This document shows, one piece after another, positions 10,076 to 22,878 of a stretch of DNA of 39,818 bases. Numbering within the stretch: the first letter of the stretch is position 1; every line of letters begins with the position of its first letter. Where the stretch lies: NCBI RefSeq assembly GCF_001194135.2, contig NC_068982.1:25993008-26032825 (forward strand). The letters are read 5' to 3'. Source of the DNA: Octopus bimaculoides. Lineage: Eukaryota. A model generated the notes under the pieces. That model did no database searches, was not told the origin of the DNA, and worked only from the letters and a program-made list of their open reading frames with translations. A program made the translations under genes and the position numbers.

Positions 10076-10484
10076 ATCGGTAGAACTGTACGCAAGTCTT
10101 ACTTTATGAAGACAATTCGTGTATAGTTCTGCAAATTGTATTGATTCTAGAACGATTGTGCTGATGAAAACACGGATGTTGTTACGTAAGTAAAACGTTA
10201 ATGTTCGAAACCGGTACACAATTAATTCTTTATTCTGTATATTTCTCATTTTGTCTTGCCTGCTTATGTTCTGGTGTTTTGCGAAATTTTTTCTGGAGAA
10301 CATTATTTTTCTTTGTGGTTGGGTCGTTGATGACCTCTTTCTAGCATATCGGATGTTCACTTAGCGGTCATCCCTTCTTATGCACACACACACACACACA
10401 TATATATAAAAATTATAAATATCATTGCAGTACAATAGTATTATTTTCCAGCTAAATAAAGCACCGAAAAGGTACAATTATTAA

Positions 10485-10857
10485 TAGGAAATAGTGGCAC
10501 ACCAAGGCACCAATGTTTGCTGGAAATAGCAGTCGATAACCGAACGACGCTATGTAAAGTTTCAGTGAATGTATGCATGTAAAAATGTGTGCGGGCGGCG
10601 AACATAAAAAAATGTTCGTCTTACCTCTAGGAAGAACGCTGGATAAATGGACAATCTAGAATGGATAACCTAGTACTCGAGTTTCGGACTTTCCAGAATA
10701 CGTTTGTTATCGTAAATTTGTTTAGTCTTCGGCAAGTCCGAAACTCGAGTACTAGTTTATCCATTCTAGCTTGTCCATTTATCCGCTTTACATAACGTTG
10801 TACGGTTATCAACTATTTCCATGAATCATTGGTGCCTTGTTGTGCCACTATTTCCTA
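10485..10857. mobile_element. Fold-back MITE with TA ends
   Basis: Ends read TAGGAAATAGTGGCAC...GTGCCACTATTTCCTA. Outer arms are 10485-10559 / 10786-10857. Inner arms 10641-10694 / 10731-10784 are 54 bp with 3 mismatches. Confidence 0.85.
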
Positions 10858-10903
10858 CGCGCGCACACACACACACACTTGTTTTATTATTATTTGGATT
10901 ATA

Positions 10904-10934
<31 letters not shown>

Positions 10935-11391
10935 CGTTGTTTTATAATTTTGACTTTGCACNNNNNNNNNNNNNNNNNNNNNNNNNNNNNNNNNNNNNNN
11001 NNNNNNNNNNNNNNNNNNNNNNNNNNNNNNNNNNNNNNNNNNNNNNNNNNNNNNNNNNNNNNNNNNNNNNNNNNNNNNNNNNNNNNNNNNNNNNNNNNNN
11101 NNNNNNNNNNNNNNNNNNNNNNNNNNNNNNNNNNNNNNNNNNNNNNNNNNNNNNNNNNNNNNNNNNNNNNNNNNNNNNNNNNNNNNNNNNNNNNNNNNNN
11201 NNNNNNNNNNNNNNNNNNNNNNNNNNNNNNNNNNNNNNNNNNNNNNNNNNNNNNNNNNNNNNNNNNNNNNNNNNNNNNNNNNNNNNNNNNNNNNNNNNNN
11301 NNCATACATATATATAAATATGAAAATATATATAAATTTCTTTGTTTTCTTATTATTTGGATTGTGTGCATATGTATATAAATATATATGT

Positions 11392-11427
<36 letters not shown>

Positions 11428-11429
<2 letters not shown>

Positions 11430-11591
11430 TAGCGTAGCTAGGTGTGGGCACTAGTAGCAGTCCGCCCCGGGCAGCTCTTTTAAAGGGGCAAGGACTTTTG
11501 GGTTCGCTGTAGGTAATGTGCGTTTTTGTGGGGTTCGAGGGCAGCAAATGGAAGGGCCGCCCCGGGCAGCATACACTCTAACTATGCTAGT
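11428..11591. mobile_element. Short GC-rich MITE (hAT-like inferred)
   Basis: TIR ACTAGCGTAGCTAG / CTAACTATGCTAGT (14 bp, 2 mismatches), with internal direct repeat CCGCCCCGGGCAGC at 11462 and 11557. Confidence 0.65.
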
Positions 11592-12036
11592 CTATCTATA
11601 TAGACAAAATACAGACATAGTGCAAATACTGCACCAACCCTTAATGTACATGTCAGTGGGGTCAGCAGGCGGAGAGATAGAAGTACACTGCTAACAATAT
11701 TAAATGATTCCAAACAGAAAATGTCGACTTTGGTGTGATTTCTACTCGGTTATTAAATATTGTAAGATATTGAATGTAGTAGTCTACTGACTGTAAGATA
11801 GTGTGGTATCATACTAATTGTGCCAACTGACCACACTCATGTATAATACTAAATGCATAACAATACTGGAAGACAAAGGAAATGGAGGGATCAAGCGATA
11901 TTTAAAGGCGCCTTTTAATATCCCTAATTCTATCAGTATTCTCAATCTTTTTTCTGTGCTATGGTTTAATATTACTGCTTGAAATGTTTCCATATGATAT
12001 TGACAAAATGTCATATTCAAAATCTGCTAGTAACAA

Positions 12037-12039
<3 letters not shown>

Positions 12040-12114
<75 letters not shown>

Positions 12115-12125
12115 CGTGCGCGTGC
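12040..12125. repeat. (TG)n microsatellite, representative of many (5470-5530, 13697-13760, 19833-19869, 34068-34108, 36607-36700) plus TA and TACA tracts
   Basis: Direct reading. Confidence 0.98.
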
Positions 12126-12214
12126 GTATGTGTGATGTACTTTGCTGAATCGTGGCAAGAGCAGGGTACTTTGATAAATGTTAGCAAAAGAAAGGGACGA
12201 TAGGCATATGTATG

Positions 12215-12950
12215 ACCGTGTCGGCAAGAAGCCCACTCCGCAACCATACAGTTTCAGGTTCATTCTCACTGCGCGGAACCTTGGGCAAGTATTTTCTAAT
12301 CTTGTCCCAAGCCATACAATATCTGGTGATCGAATTTAGTTGATGAAATGTGTGTGGAAGCATATCTTGTGCACTGATTGTATGACATTGTATTTTTTAT
12401 ATATTGCAAGCGATGTTAAACTACTGCCATGCCTGGCAAACGAGTGCCCACCACCGAAGAAGTCCAATAGGATCGAAATCACGTAGTCTGGTGGACTCGG
12501 AGCTAGGGTGGGAGGAGTTATTTCCCGCTTGCAATAAATATCGAGTGCGAAAAGCGCACTGAATAAGTAAAATGGAGATGTCTTCCTGGGGTTAAAATAG
12601 CAGTATCGTCGTCTTCTAGAGAACAGCCACATTAAAGTGGCGATAATACATACATACATACATACATACGTACGTACATACATACATACATACATACATG
12701 CAAACATACATGTGTGTGACATGCGTGTATGTGTGTATCTTCGTGCTAGTCTACCCACTGTCTGACAAGCGGAATTGGCTTTTTCGCGTCCCTATAACTT
12801 AAAGTTTCGGCAAAAGATGCCAATAAAATTAGTACCAGACTTTAAAAAATATCAACACGGGTCGATTTGTTCGTCTAAAAACACTACAAGGCAATGCTTC
12901 AACGTGACTATAGTCCAATGACTGAAACGGGTAAAAGCGTAAAAGAGCAA
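12215..12950 (+). mobile_element. Degraded SINE family B: head 12215-12310 and tail ~12745-12950 separated by other sequence
   Basis: Head has GGTTCATTCTCACTGCGCGGAACCTTGGGCAAGT. Tail has AGTACCAG...GTCGATTTGTTCG...ATGACTGAAAC. Confidence 0.6.
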
Positions 12951-13019
12951 TCGCTGCAATTCTTGACTGTTTGGTCAGCTCACTGTATTCTTTCATAGAC
13001 TAGCCTGCACGAGGACCGA

Positions 13020-13480
13020 TCAAAATGAAACCAGCGAGAGAGCTTCTTCTATGAGCTATTTGAAGAATCAGCTGAATCTTCCTCTTAAATCACATCTTAT
13101 GGTTTAAAAATAAAAAGAAGGAAGAAACATTGAGCAATGTTGAATAGTCATGGTTGAACACCTTTAACCATACGTCTACTTGAGCAGAGCTAAAACAACA
13201 GAAGAAGCAGCAGCAGCAGCAGCAACAACAACAACAATTTTTAGACTTGACTAATTTCTAAGCAAGTGCTCGATTTACAAGAAACAACGGCCAAAACTCC
13301 TTCAAATCATGTGTATCCTAGCGTCTTAAAACCGTAGAAGATGCTAAATATTGAAATTGCATACAGATCAAGATATAAGCTATGATGATCACGGCTGAAA
13401 CAACGTCTTTGATAATAGGCCTGCTCAATTTAGGGTTAACATACGTTTGGGGTTAAACAACAGCAACAACTACAAAACAA
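13020..13480 (+). mobile_element. Two degraded copies of repeat/SINE family D (others at ~1165-1330-, 5110-5260-, 7785-7960-, 18895-19085+, 39335-39495+)
   Basis: All share a degenerate ...TCATGGCTGGAA...CTTTGATCATAGGTCTGCT...GGGCTAAAC block ending in (AAC)n/(AAT)n. Confidence 0.5.
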
Positions 13481-13692
13481 TAGTAACAAAGTGAAGAAAC
13501 CATTTTGTTATTAGAACAGCATCACAACACCAACTGTTATGTGGCAGTTTAGTTGCTGTGGAAATAGGGTGTAAGTACTATACGCAAGGACGAATGACAA
13601 CGGGGTATGATCATGAAAAACTACAAAGCCATGATTCCTTTTACTGTAGGAATTCGGCCGTTACGACAGACATAAAAAGAAACAACAGCAGC

Positions 13693-13748
<56 letters not shown>

Positions 13749-14539
13749 CATGCATGCACACACACACGCACGTACACGTACACTCACATAGCTGTACAAA
13801 CTCGCAGATACATGTGCGTACATATGTAGACATGCAGACAAACTCACAGGCAGATACAAAGAAATACAAACCTGTGTATGCATATGGTCATTAAGTGTTT
13901 GTTTTTGTGTGTGTGTGTGTGTGTGTGTGAATGTGGTTATGTGTATGTGTTGCATATGTATGAGTACTAAGGAAGAAAGTGGAGGAGAACGGGGTGGAAT
14001 GTAGGAGGAGAGACGGGGAGTGCTTGCATGTTTCTCAACGTGTGTCTATCTTAGTGTGTGTGTGTGTGTTATGTATAATTGTTCATTATCTAACGTCAAA
14101 TCATTAAGTATCTGGCTGGCGCCGAGGAAATTCTTATCATTTAAGCAGGAATAGAAGTAACAACTAATTGTCGGCTAAGTTTTGACAGGATGGCTACTTG
14201 CAGTTATAGCTTTGGCCTGCTTTTCTTTCTAGTCGAAGAGAGAAGGTGGAACGAGTGCATACACACTGAAAAATATGTTTCAGTAATGTATGTGTATATG
14301 TGTATGTATATGCATGTGTGTGTGTATATATATATGAGCATATGTGTAGTTATGAGTGTACGCACACATACACATGCATATTCATATACACATGTGTGTT
14401 AGTTTAGTTTTATAGTGACGGCGTGAGAGAGAGTGAGATAAACTGAGACTTCGGTCAATATTGGCTCTAGGTAATGTGTAACTTAATGTATATATATACA
14501 TATATTCATGAATTCTGGCCCACCCTGTATGTATACCTG

Positions 14540-14575
<36 letters not shown>

Positions 14576-15479
14576 NNNNNNNNNNNNNNNNNNNNNNNNN
14601 NNNNNNNNNNNNNNNNNNNNNNNNNNNNNNNNNNNNNNNNNNNNNNNNNNNNNNNNNNNNNNNNNNNNNNNNNNNNNNNNNNNNNNNNNNNNNNNNNNNN
14701 NNNNNNNNNNNNNNNNNNNNNNNNNNNNNNNNNNNNNNNNNNNNNNNNNNNNNNNNNNNNNNNNNNNNNNNNNNNNNNNNNNNNNNNNNNNNNNNNNNNN
14801 NNNNNNNNNNNNNNNNNNNNNNNNNNNNNNNNNNNNNNNNNNNNNNNNNNNNNNNNNNNNNNNNNNNNNNNNNNNNNNNNNNNNNNNNNNNNNNNNNNNN
14901 NNNNNNNNNNNNNNNNNNNNNNNNNNNNNNNNNNNNNNNNNNNNNNNNNNNNNNNNNNNNNNNNNNNNNNNNNNNNNNNNNNNNNNNNNNNNNNNNNNNN
15001 NNNNNNNNNNNNNNNNNNNNNNNNNNNNNNNNNNNNNNNNNNNNNNNNNNNNNNNNNNNGGGAAAAAATCCATCATTTATTCCCGAAATATATATTTATA
15101 TTTATATAAGGGCATTACTATACAATAACGCCTCACGCTATGAGGGACTCTAAGGTCAGACTACCATAAAAAGCACATTTTTTTCCCTTATGAGGTTTTT
15201 TCACGCTAGCTACTTGATAAATTCTTGTAAAAGAATTCGTCCTATTATTGAATTTATATATATATATATGTATATATAAACGTTGAATTTATAAGAAAGA
15301 TCCAGAGGAACAATTACAAGGTAGCCAAATGTCACATTAGCGTCATAGGAATTAGAAATCGCACTTGCGTGTGAGTTAATTCCGGAGAGAAGGTTAGAAA
15401 TCGGCTCTTTCTCTATTGGCATGCAATCTTGAAATAAAAATAAATAACGACATGCATACAACCCCGATATCAAAGAAGT

Positions 15480-16095
15480 AAGACCCTACAGTATGGTAGA
15501 AGCCATAACCACTCATAATAAAAAGAAGTACTGGTGGAATGTCCTAGTGGGAACCTCAATAAAATCTAAACATAATAGACCTGTCATAGTGATTTAATAT
15601 AGAGAAGAGAAATTGTGTACAGTTGTGGAAATCAGCTGCCCAGTGGATGTTAACATAAAGCTAAAGATCAGCGAAAAAGGAAATACCTACGCTGAACTAT
15701 TGACAAATCTATAGTTACTCTATCCAGATTACAACTTCAGGTTTATAACTGTAATTATTGGGGCACTAAAATATGTAACACACTGCCTAAGTACTTATCT
15801 TGAGAAATTAGGCTTCTCAAAACCACAAAGATTGGAACTGTAGAAATCTGTAAAACTTTCCAGAAGTTCATCATTTAAGTATATATATGAGCATGTCTAG
15901 ACATGCAACTATTTGCATGAGAATACATACATAAAACAAAGTATACAAATCTGTACGTATACATACATACATACATACAAAAATATCTTGTTGATGTTGA
16001 AATTCCAATGAAGGAGTCTCGGATCTAGGTTAGAAATCGGCTCTTTCTCTGTTGGCAAATAATCTTGAAATAAAACTGAATTATGACATACATAT
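15480..16095 (+). mobile_element. R4/Dong-clade LINE 3' end (RLE domain plus 3'UTR)
   Basis: Reads KYWWNV...KHNRP(V)IVI*..EKLCTVVEISCPVDVNIKLKISEKGNTYAELL..L*LLYPDY...VIIGAL, the PD..(D/E)..K RLE pattern. It has stops and an internal deletion, and is followed by (TACA)n. Confidence 0.8.
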
Positions 16096-16989
16096 ATACA
16101 TGCATGCATGCATTCATACATGCATTCATACATGCATACATACATACAAACATACATTCATACATACATACATACATACGTACATACATATATACACATT
16201 CATACATACATACGTATATACATATATGCGTGCGTACGTACATACTTTTGTAAAAGGCACAATTGTTATTATAGGACAAGATGCCTCACAGTATTTGTTC
16301 CGGCTCTTTACGCGGTGAGTTGCAGTCTCTTTGAGTTCAACTTTGCTTTACATTCTTCGGGGTCAATAAAATAATGTTCCAATCTAGGGCAGTAAAAAGG
16401 TAGAATTTCAACGTTAGACAAAATATTATATCACGTTTGTTCCAACTCTTAACGTTTCGAGTTCACTCGCTATATCTCTTACCTTTCGACCTCTGTAGTT
16501 GTTTACCCTGGATAGACTGTTGTCTCTTGTATAACGTTTGTGGTGGGGGAGAACAGAGACACAATCATGGGCAACTATTGGGCTTCCATAAGAACCTTAC
16601 CCAGGCTTGCGTCCTAGAGAGGTACTTCCAGGTGCAGTTACATGTCCAACACTAATCGACAGGTACTGCAACATCTATGTTGGTATTTGAAGTATTATTT
16701 AGTCACTCAAACCTTTTTTATGGAAAGAATTCCAACACACTATTTTTAATTTGTGAAAGGCTTTTTACTTTGTTCATTGATGTGTGCATGTAGTGTGATA
16801 GTGAGAGTAAGAGAGCCGCAAGAGGAGAATGAGAATTATGTTGCATTTTGTGGTTTATTCCAAAATGTCACTTTATCTCATGTTTTTTTTTTTTTGTGTG
16901 TAGCTACTTTGGACAATGTATCCTTTATTTACTACTCCACGGTAAAAACTGAGGTAATTTGTTTGATCATTTAAATAGGCAGTGCAACC

Positions 16990-17960
16990 ACGCGTTGTCA
17001 TCTATCGTGGTTGGTAGCTAGATATGTGCAATAGAATATAACAGCAGGAGAGAGTTGTAGTTATCTTGCTAAGGCACGTAAATGTTTTGGTGTAGATTGC
17101 TTTGGGCATAAAAGGAGTTTAGTGGTGTCTCCTGTTGTACTATCTGTACTGCATTTGTACGAGGATGCGTCGTGCGCATTGAAGCATTCGGAACTCGTGT
17201 TGTTCGGAAATGTATTAAGCTGTTCTACTAAGGTTGCTTAACTTCAGGTGGGAGACAGTTAGTGAAGTTAGAGTGTATGTATTAACATAATATATTAAGT
17301 TAATGAGGTTCCCATTACAGGCTTTTGTTTTGAATTCATATGTTTATGTATGTTTTCATTAATGCACTAGATGTATGACTTCGCGTATGAGACTTAATAT
17401 TGGTTTGGTTTATATTGTTTCGTCGAGGTGTAAATTGAGTTCTGAGACATATTGTGTAGGTTTATAGTTTAGTGTCTTGTATAACAGCCGTGTGACTGTA
17501 GCATGTGATATATATTTTGTATTCCATAAAGGCATGTTAGGCTGTTTGTTTTCTGTTGCAGAATCCTTACATTTTTCTTTTGTTTGCTGAATGTTCATTG
17601 GCTACTTTGATTGTTGCTTTGTATTTTATGTGTAAAAGCTATGTTGTTTATAGTTAATTTTGGCCTATGACTATGAGAAGGGAGATAATGTTGACACTTC
17701 CTTAATTTATGATAACATACAATTTGTTTGCGCTGGTTTTTAATGTCATGCTGTCTGCGTATACATACATGACTATGTTGTTGTTGTTGTTTTTGTTGTT
17801 GTCGTGCGCGCGCGTGTGTGCGTGCTTGCGTTCTTGCTTTTACATTTCGAAGTATTTTGTTCGTTATATTTTGCAGAGCTATCGGTTTCAGATTGTCTCT
17901 ATGCGTGATGTTGAACCGTTTTGCTTCTTGATGCACAATTTCTTTCGTTTGCTGTGAGAA
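16990..17960 (-). mobile_element. Highly degraded LINE ORF2 linker / RT-start fragment (RTE-like?)
   Basis: A-rich minus strand with remnants such as EKCKDSATE...KQPNMP and FKTKACNG. Motif support is weak. Confidence 0.3.
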
Positions 17961-19829
17961 GACTTTATTTTCAGACTGGCATTTTAGCAGTCTTTTTTAT
18001 GGCATATTGTCTAAAAATTTATATAAGTCCATTTCTAAAACGGAAGGCATAATATCCATGGCAAGAGATTTTACTAATATCTCGTACCAATTGATCAATA
18101 TTATAAATACTCTCTAAAATCTATATTCTACACAAACTACAAAACAAGGTGTAAAATGTTATACAAAATACTTTTTTTTCAATCATTTAATAATTATCTA
18201 ATAATTCACTACGTCACACTTCAGACAACATAACCACGTTCCGCTAGCAGTTTAGAACCGTTATAAAACATTTCTCGAAAATATGTCACAAAAAAAGAAG
18301 CAAAAAGAACGACAAATTCAGAATTACAAAATGAAAATTACCCATCATTTATCTAAACTATGATTTTGATCCTTTTCTTTCATGAGATATCAAAACTGAA
18401 AGAGAAAATTTCCAAACTGAAAAGACACATGCATATACCTGTGCATATAATTCCTGAAAAAATATTGCGTCTTTATGTCTTCACCTGCTCATATGAATAC
18501 TGCCAAACTCACAGACTCTGAAAACTGGGTAAAACTATCATACCACACCACAGACCAACTACACAATGAAATAAAATTACTAAACATGAAAGGTCACTGG
18601 ACATGCGAGGTGCAGAGTTTGTTGGCACAGTAAGCTCCAAACATTACAGTGCCTGCCATAACACGTACAGTAATCTAAAACAAATTGATACAACTACAAT
18701 AGCTCTAACAGCAAGCAACAGGATCCTAACAGCTTTATCTCTCTCTCTTAATCTAGTAAAACTGAAGGAAAAAATACACAGAAAAATAGTATCGGCCTCA
18801 TTACACTGAACACTGTGCTGGGAGTACATTGCCAGTGATAATTGTAGATATGCAACAGTCAAAATTGTAGCCATCACTAGAAGAGAGAGAGAGTCTTTAC
18901 GTGGTCACTGAGTCTGGCATAAATGGCTGACAAATCTTCTTATACCTTAAGGTTTTAAAAAGATAATGTTATATTGGTCAACGATAACGATAACGATAAA
19001 AAAACATCGTTCACAGCTAGAACACTATTAATCATGTTTGCTCAATCAGAACTGTCTTTGGGATAAACACCGACAATAACAATAAGAAACTTACAGAAAC
19101 AGATTGAACTGAGAAGATTCAACATCTCCAGAGATCCACGCTGCACCACATGCAATTAATTAATCACTGTATGTCAGAATGTGAAGCGTGATCCTCATAT
19201 AATATTTGATTCCCAAATTGGGAACCAGAGATTCCCAAACTAGGGTCAATTTATTTCATGGTGGTAAATTTCAACTATCCAGTGGTTAATTTACTGATTC
19301 TAAATTTGTACACTTTTTTCTTACCAATTATGAAAAAAATCTAAGATGAAAATTTGAAGCTGACCTATTTTATGAAAAAATACTGTTTTTTTCTACCAGT
19401 TTTGAAATAATGATTTATATTGTGTGCTAAATAACATAAAAAAACGATGATTAAAAACAATATTATGTATTTCCTAATTATCGGATAAACTTTATTTTCC
19501 AAATATCGCTAGGGGTGTGCAAACTTATTTGACCTGTGGCTCGTACCTAATCATTCGACAAACATGACATAGGCCTGCTCGGTCAAAGCTGATCTGGATC
19601 TATTCAATAACTAAGAGAAAGTTGTATTCAGGCAGATAGAATGTTTTTTCAGTTTTCTTTTCATAGTATGCTTTGCTAAATAAAACTTGTACTCAGTAAA
19701 TTTATTATTGAAGGAATAAATATGAAGCTTTTATTTTTGAAGAGTTTATTTGTACTTGGGTACACCAAAGGCTCTTAACTTCAATGAGTAACAGAGCATT
19801 GAATCGGAGAAATAGTAGAGTAACACCGC

Positions 19830-19869
<40 letters not shown>

Positions 19870-20659
19870 NNNNNNNNNNNNNNNNNNNNNNNNNNNNNNN
19901 NNNNNNNNNNNNNNNNNNNNNNNNNNNNNNNNNNNNNNNNNNNNNNNNNNNNNNNNNNNNNNNNNNNNNNNNNNNNNNNNNNNNNNNNNNNNNNNNNNNN
20001 NNNNNNNNNNNNNNNNNNNNNNNNNNNNNNNNNNNNNNNNNNNNNNNNNNNNNNNNNNNNNNNNNNNNNNNNNNNNNNNNNNNNNNNNNNNNNNNNNNNN
20101 NNNNNNNNATATATAAAATAACTTGAATAGAGTTAACGTAAAAAACAAACAAACTAATAAATATATAAATAGAAGCAACTTTTTAGCACAAGAAACTTAT
20201 TTTACACTAAATAATCACAAGCACAACATTCCCAGATATAGCATAATTTTTTTATCTTTTAGATAGAAAACATGTTGCGGAACTGTATAACAGACCAAGG
20301 GGCAGCTGTGAAACGAAGATGTTGACACCTCATGAAATAAATGAGATGTGAATTTAGGAACATTTTGCATGTTTCTAAATAGTTAAATAGCTTATTACGT
20401 ATAATGATATTTAATGATATTCTTTTAATTATAAAAAGGAAAAATCGAAAGTTAATTGTAGAAAATAAATGATAAACATTCATAATTGCTTTATAATTTG
20501 AATTTCTGCACTGCTCATCGATTGTGTATGCGTGGGTGTTTTACTCGTATGCTCGTTCATTCAGCTATTCAGTTCATTTTCATGCTAATGGTCAGCAAGT
20601 ATACTGTATTCATAATTTCTCCACTACACCTTTCGATATATAAAACGAAGGGATACTAT

Positions 20660-21850
20660 GATAGTGAATAATACAAAAAAGAAATGGAATCTTTTAAAAT
20701 GAAATACAAGATTACGAATGAAAAGAATTTGAAAAATCTGTTAAAAATGTAGTTTCAAAAATTATATAGGTCACAATCCATGATTTTAACGGAAAAATTT
20801 ATTTGGATGAAATTAAAAAGGAATGGTTCTTGCAATCTACGAGGGCATGTAATTTAGAAACGAGCACGTCATCGCATTTATTAACATAGGTAAATGATAA
20901 TGCAATGTTTAAACATGCCTATATTGCAGCTTGTTATTTATGCTATATTCTCATCTACTTCTAAGACGCTGACACATAAAGTATGCAACTGTAAAGAAAT
21001 ATTTACTGCATGCAAAGGCTGATTTTATAGAGAAAATCGAGCACTTTAACATAAGAAAGTGTCAGTGCTGATACTGAAGCAGCATATTTATTGGCGAAAA
21101 AATTAGAAAAATATGGTTACTTAGCCCAGTTTTGGAAGCACAATTTACCAAGAAGTCACTCTGCAGGATAAAAAGACAGAAAAAAAGAAAAGTGTAGAAG
21201 ATAGATTTTTACAGTGGTTAAAGTTCTCTTAATGTTATTGTTTGAACATAATGCGGCTGGAGGTTGTAAGTTAAGAACCCTGGTTGTGTGTCGTGTCGAA
21301 AATCAAAGATAATTTAAAAGAGTCATAACTACTCTCCCAGTCATATGCGAAGCAATTAAAAAAAAAACGCATTTGGTTCTTGTTACATAGGAAAATGGTT
21401 TTCGCATCACTTTGTACTTGAAGTAAAAAATATTGTGGAGACAAAAATATTTTATTTAATAATCTACCGTTCGTAGACTATGCAGTTTGTTTTCCACAAT
21501 CTCTATAACAACACCATCGAAATGTTAGTTTAATGTTTATACAGTCAAATACAATGTCACTTTTTCAAACAATAAACCAATGCGTTATTACAAAATTAAA
21601 AATATATTATATTCAGTGTGTATTTGAGAACTTAATATATGCTTTTGATAAAGGAGGCTCAACAACAAAAGAATTTAAAAAATCATTTAATATTCTTGGT
21701 AAAACCTAGAAGAAATTACAGAGAAAGATATGTAAGACGTTTGGAACAAATTCTGTCCTTTATTTATGATAAGTTTGAGAAATTTGAAGAACCAGCAGAG
21801 CTTGTTCGAAGTGAAGTAAATGCGATCGTTGATATTACTAATCTGTAAAG
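20660..21850 (+). mobile_element. pogo/Tigger transposase remnant
   Basis: Fragments FTACKG*F, SADTEAA, YGYLAQ|FWK, NAAGGCKLRTLVV, TLPVI, KWFSHHFVLEVKKYC and NTMSLFQTINQCVITKLKIYY match the Tigger DDE_1 motif order. Many frameshifts. Confidence 0.75.
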
Positions 21851-22435
21851 ATCCGTACAACATGCTTTCAAAAGAAAGACGAGAAAACATCGCGTAGGCC
21901 CCAAATTTGTGCTGCGTCTGCTTACAAACAAATAAATAAAGAACCGAATTAGCCATGATTAGTCAGGAAAAAGTTTGTTCCACACTATCAGAATATTAAC
22001 AAACAGTTTTACTTGGATGTTCCAAGGCGTTTGCGATGGGCTGTACGAAGGAACCAGCCTGAAGAATTAACCAAATATAATCTGGCTCCTGCACCACAAC
22101 AATGCACCCGTTTATACATAATTTTATATTTTTTATCCGTGACATTTTGGTAGTGCAAAACATTATATCAAACAACCAGCTTACTTTTTAGATTTTCCAC
22201 TGTCATTTACTTCTTAAAATTGAAATTCAGTTTGAAAGATCACTGATTTGAGCCGATAGAAGAGCTAGAAGAAAATTCACAATAAAGACTGCACACTACT
22301 CCTGAAAACAAACACACTGCAAAGCTTATTTCATAGTTGGAAATAATACGTTGGGAACCATATACTAACAGTAGAAGGAACTATTTTGATGAAAACAAGT
22401 CTGATTAAATTTAAGTAAATGCAATAAATTTGTTT
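21850..22435 (+). mobile_element. mariner (DD34D-type) transposase remnant, internally deleted
   Basis: RVGPKFVLRLLT, then KFVPHYQNINKQFYLDVPRRLRWAVRR, WLLHHNNAP and a C-terminal YFDENK. Confidence 0.75.
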
Positions 22436-22878
22436 TTTAAATAATTGGTTCCCTTTTTGGACAGATCTTGTGCATTTTTATAATACATACATACATACAT
22501 ACATACATACATACATACGTACGTATGTAAGCACACATGTCGAACATATCATATACCAAAGCCACCATCTCCATAATGAAAGAATATGAGATTGTATTAA
22601 CCAGGTCAAGTCTGTGTGCTTGTAACTTGGCACCTGGAGATGCAATTTCAAGCCATCCAGCGTGTGTCGCTCGGCAGATGATTCGGTTAAGGTACTTGGG
22701 GTTAGTTTTGTCCGGATACTCAGGTGGATAGAACTCGGAGTAGGTTACAAGTAGGGTGACCAATATGACTTAGGAATTGACTGAGAGAAAGCTGTCACTG
22801 CATGGTTGAACTGCCGATAAAATTAGTGGAGGAGATATATATAACCCACCTACTATCTTCGTAATATTTGCTGCCTAC

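Noticed and set aside
11979-12269. Poly-VC/HT/YI/I/N ORFs (also 13558-13955, 15909-16374, 27313-27731, 36346-36822, 39487-39669)
   Set aside because: These are translations of microsatellites. Only the KKINNWKAAGPDG part of 27405-27731 is real, as R4 RT.
16445-16485. Third hammerhead candidate (minus GAGTGAACTCGAAACGTT)
   Set aside because: Stem II and GAAA are present, but there is no CUGANGA core or stem I.
18250-18890. Possible L1/Tx1 ORF2 C-terminal remnant
   Set aside because: It is A-rich and coding-like, but I could not read a diagnostic motif.
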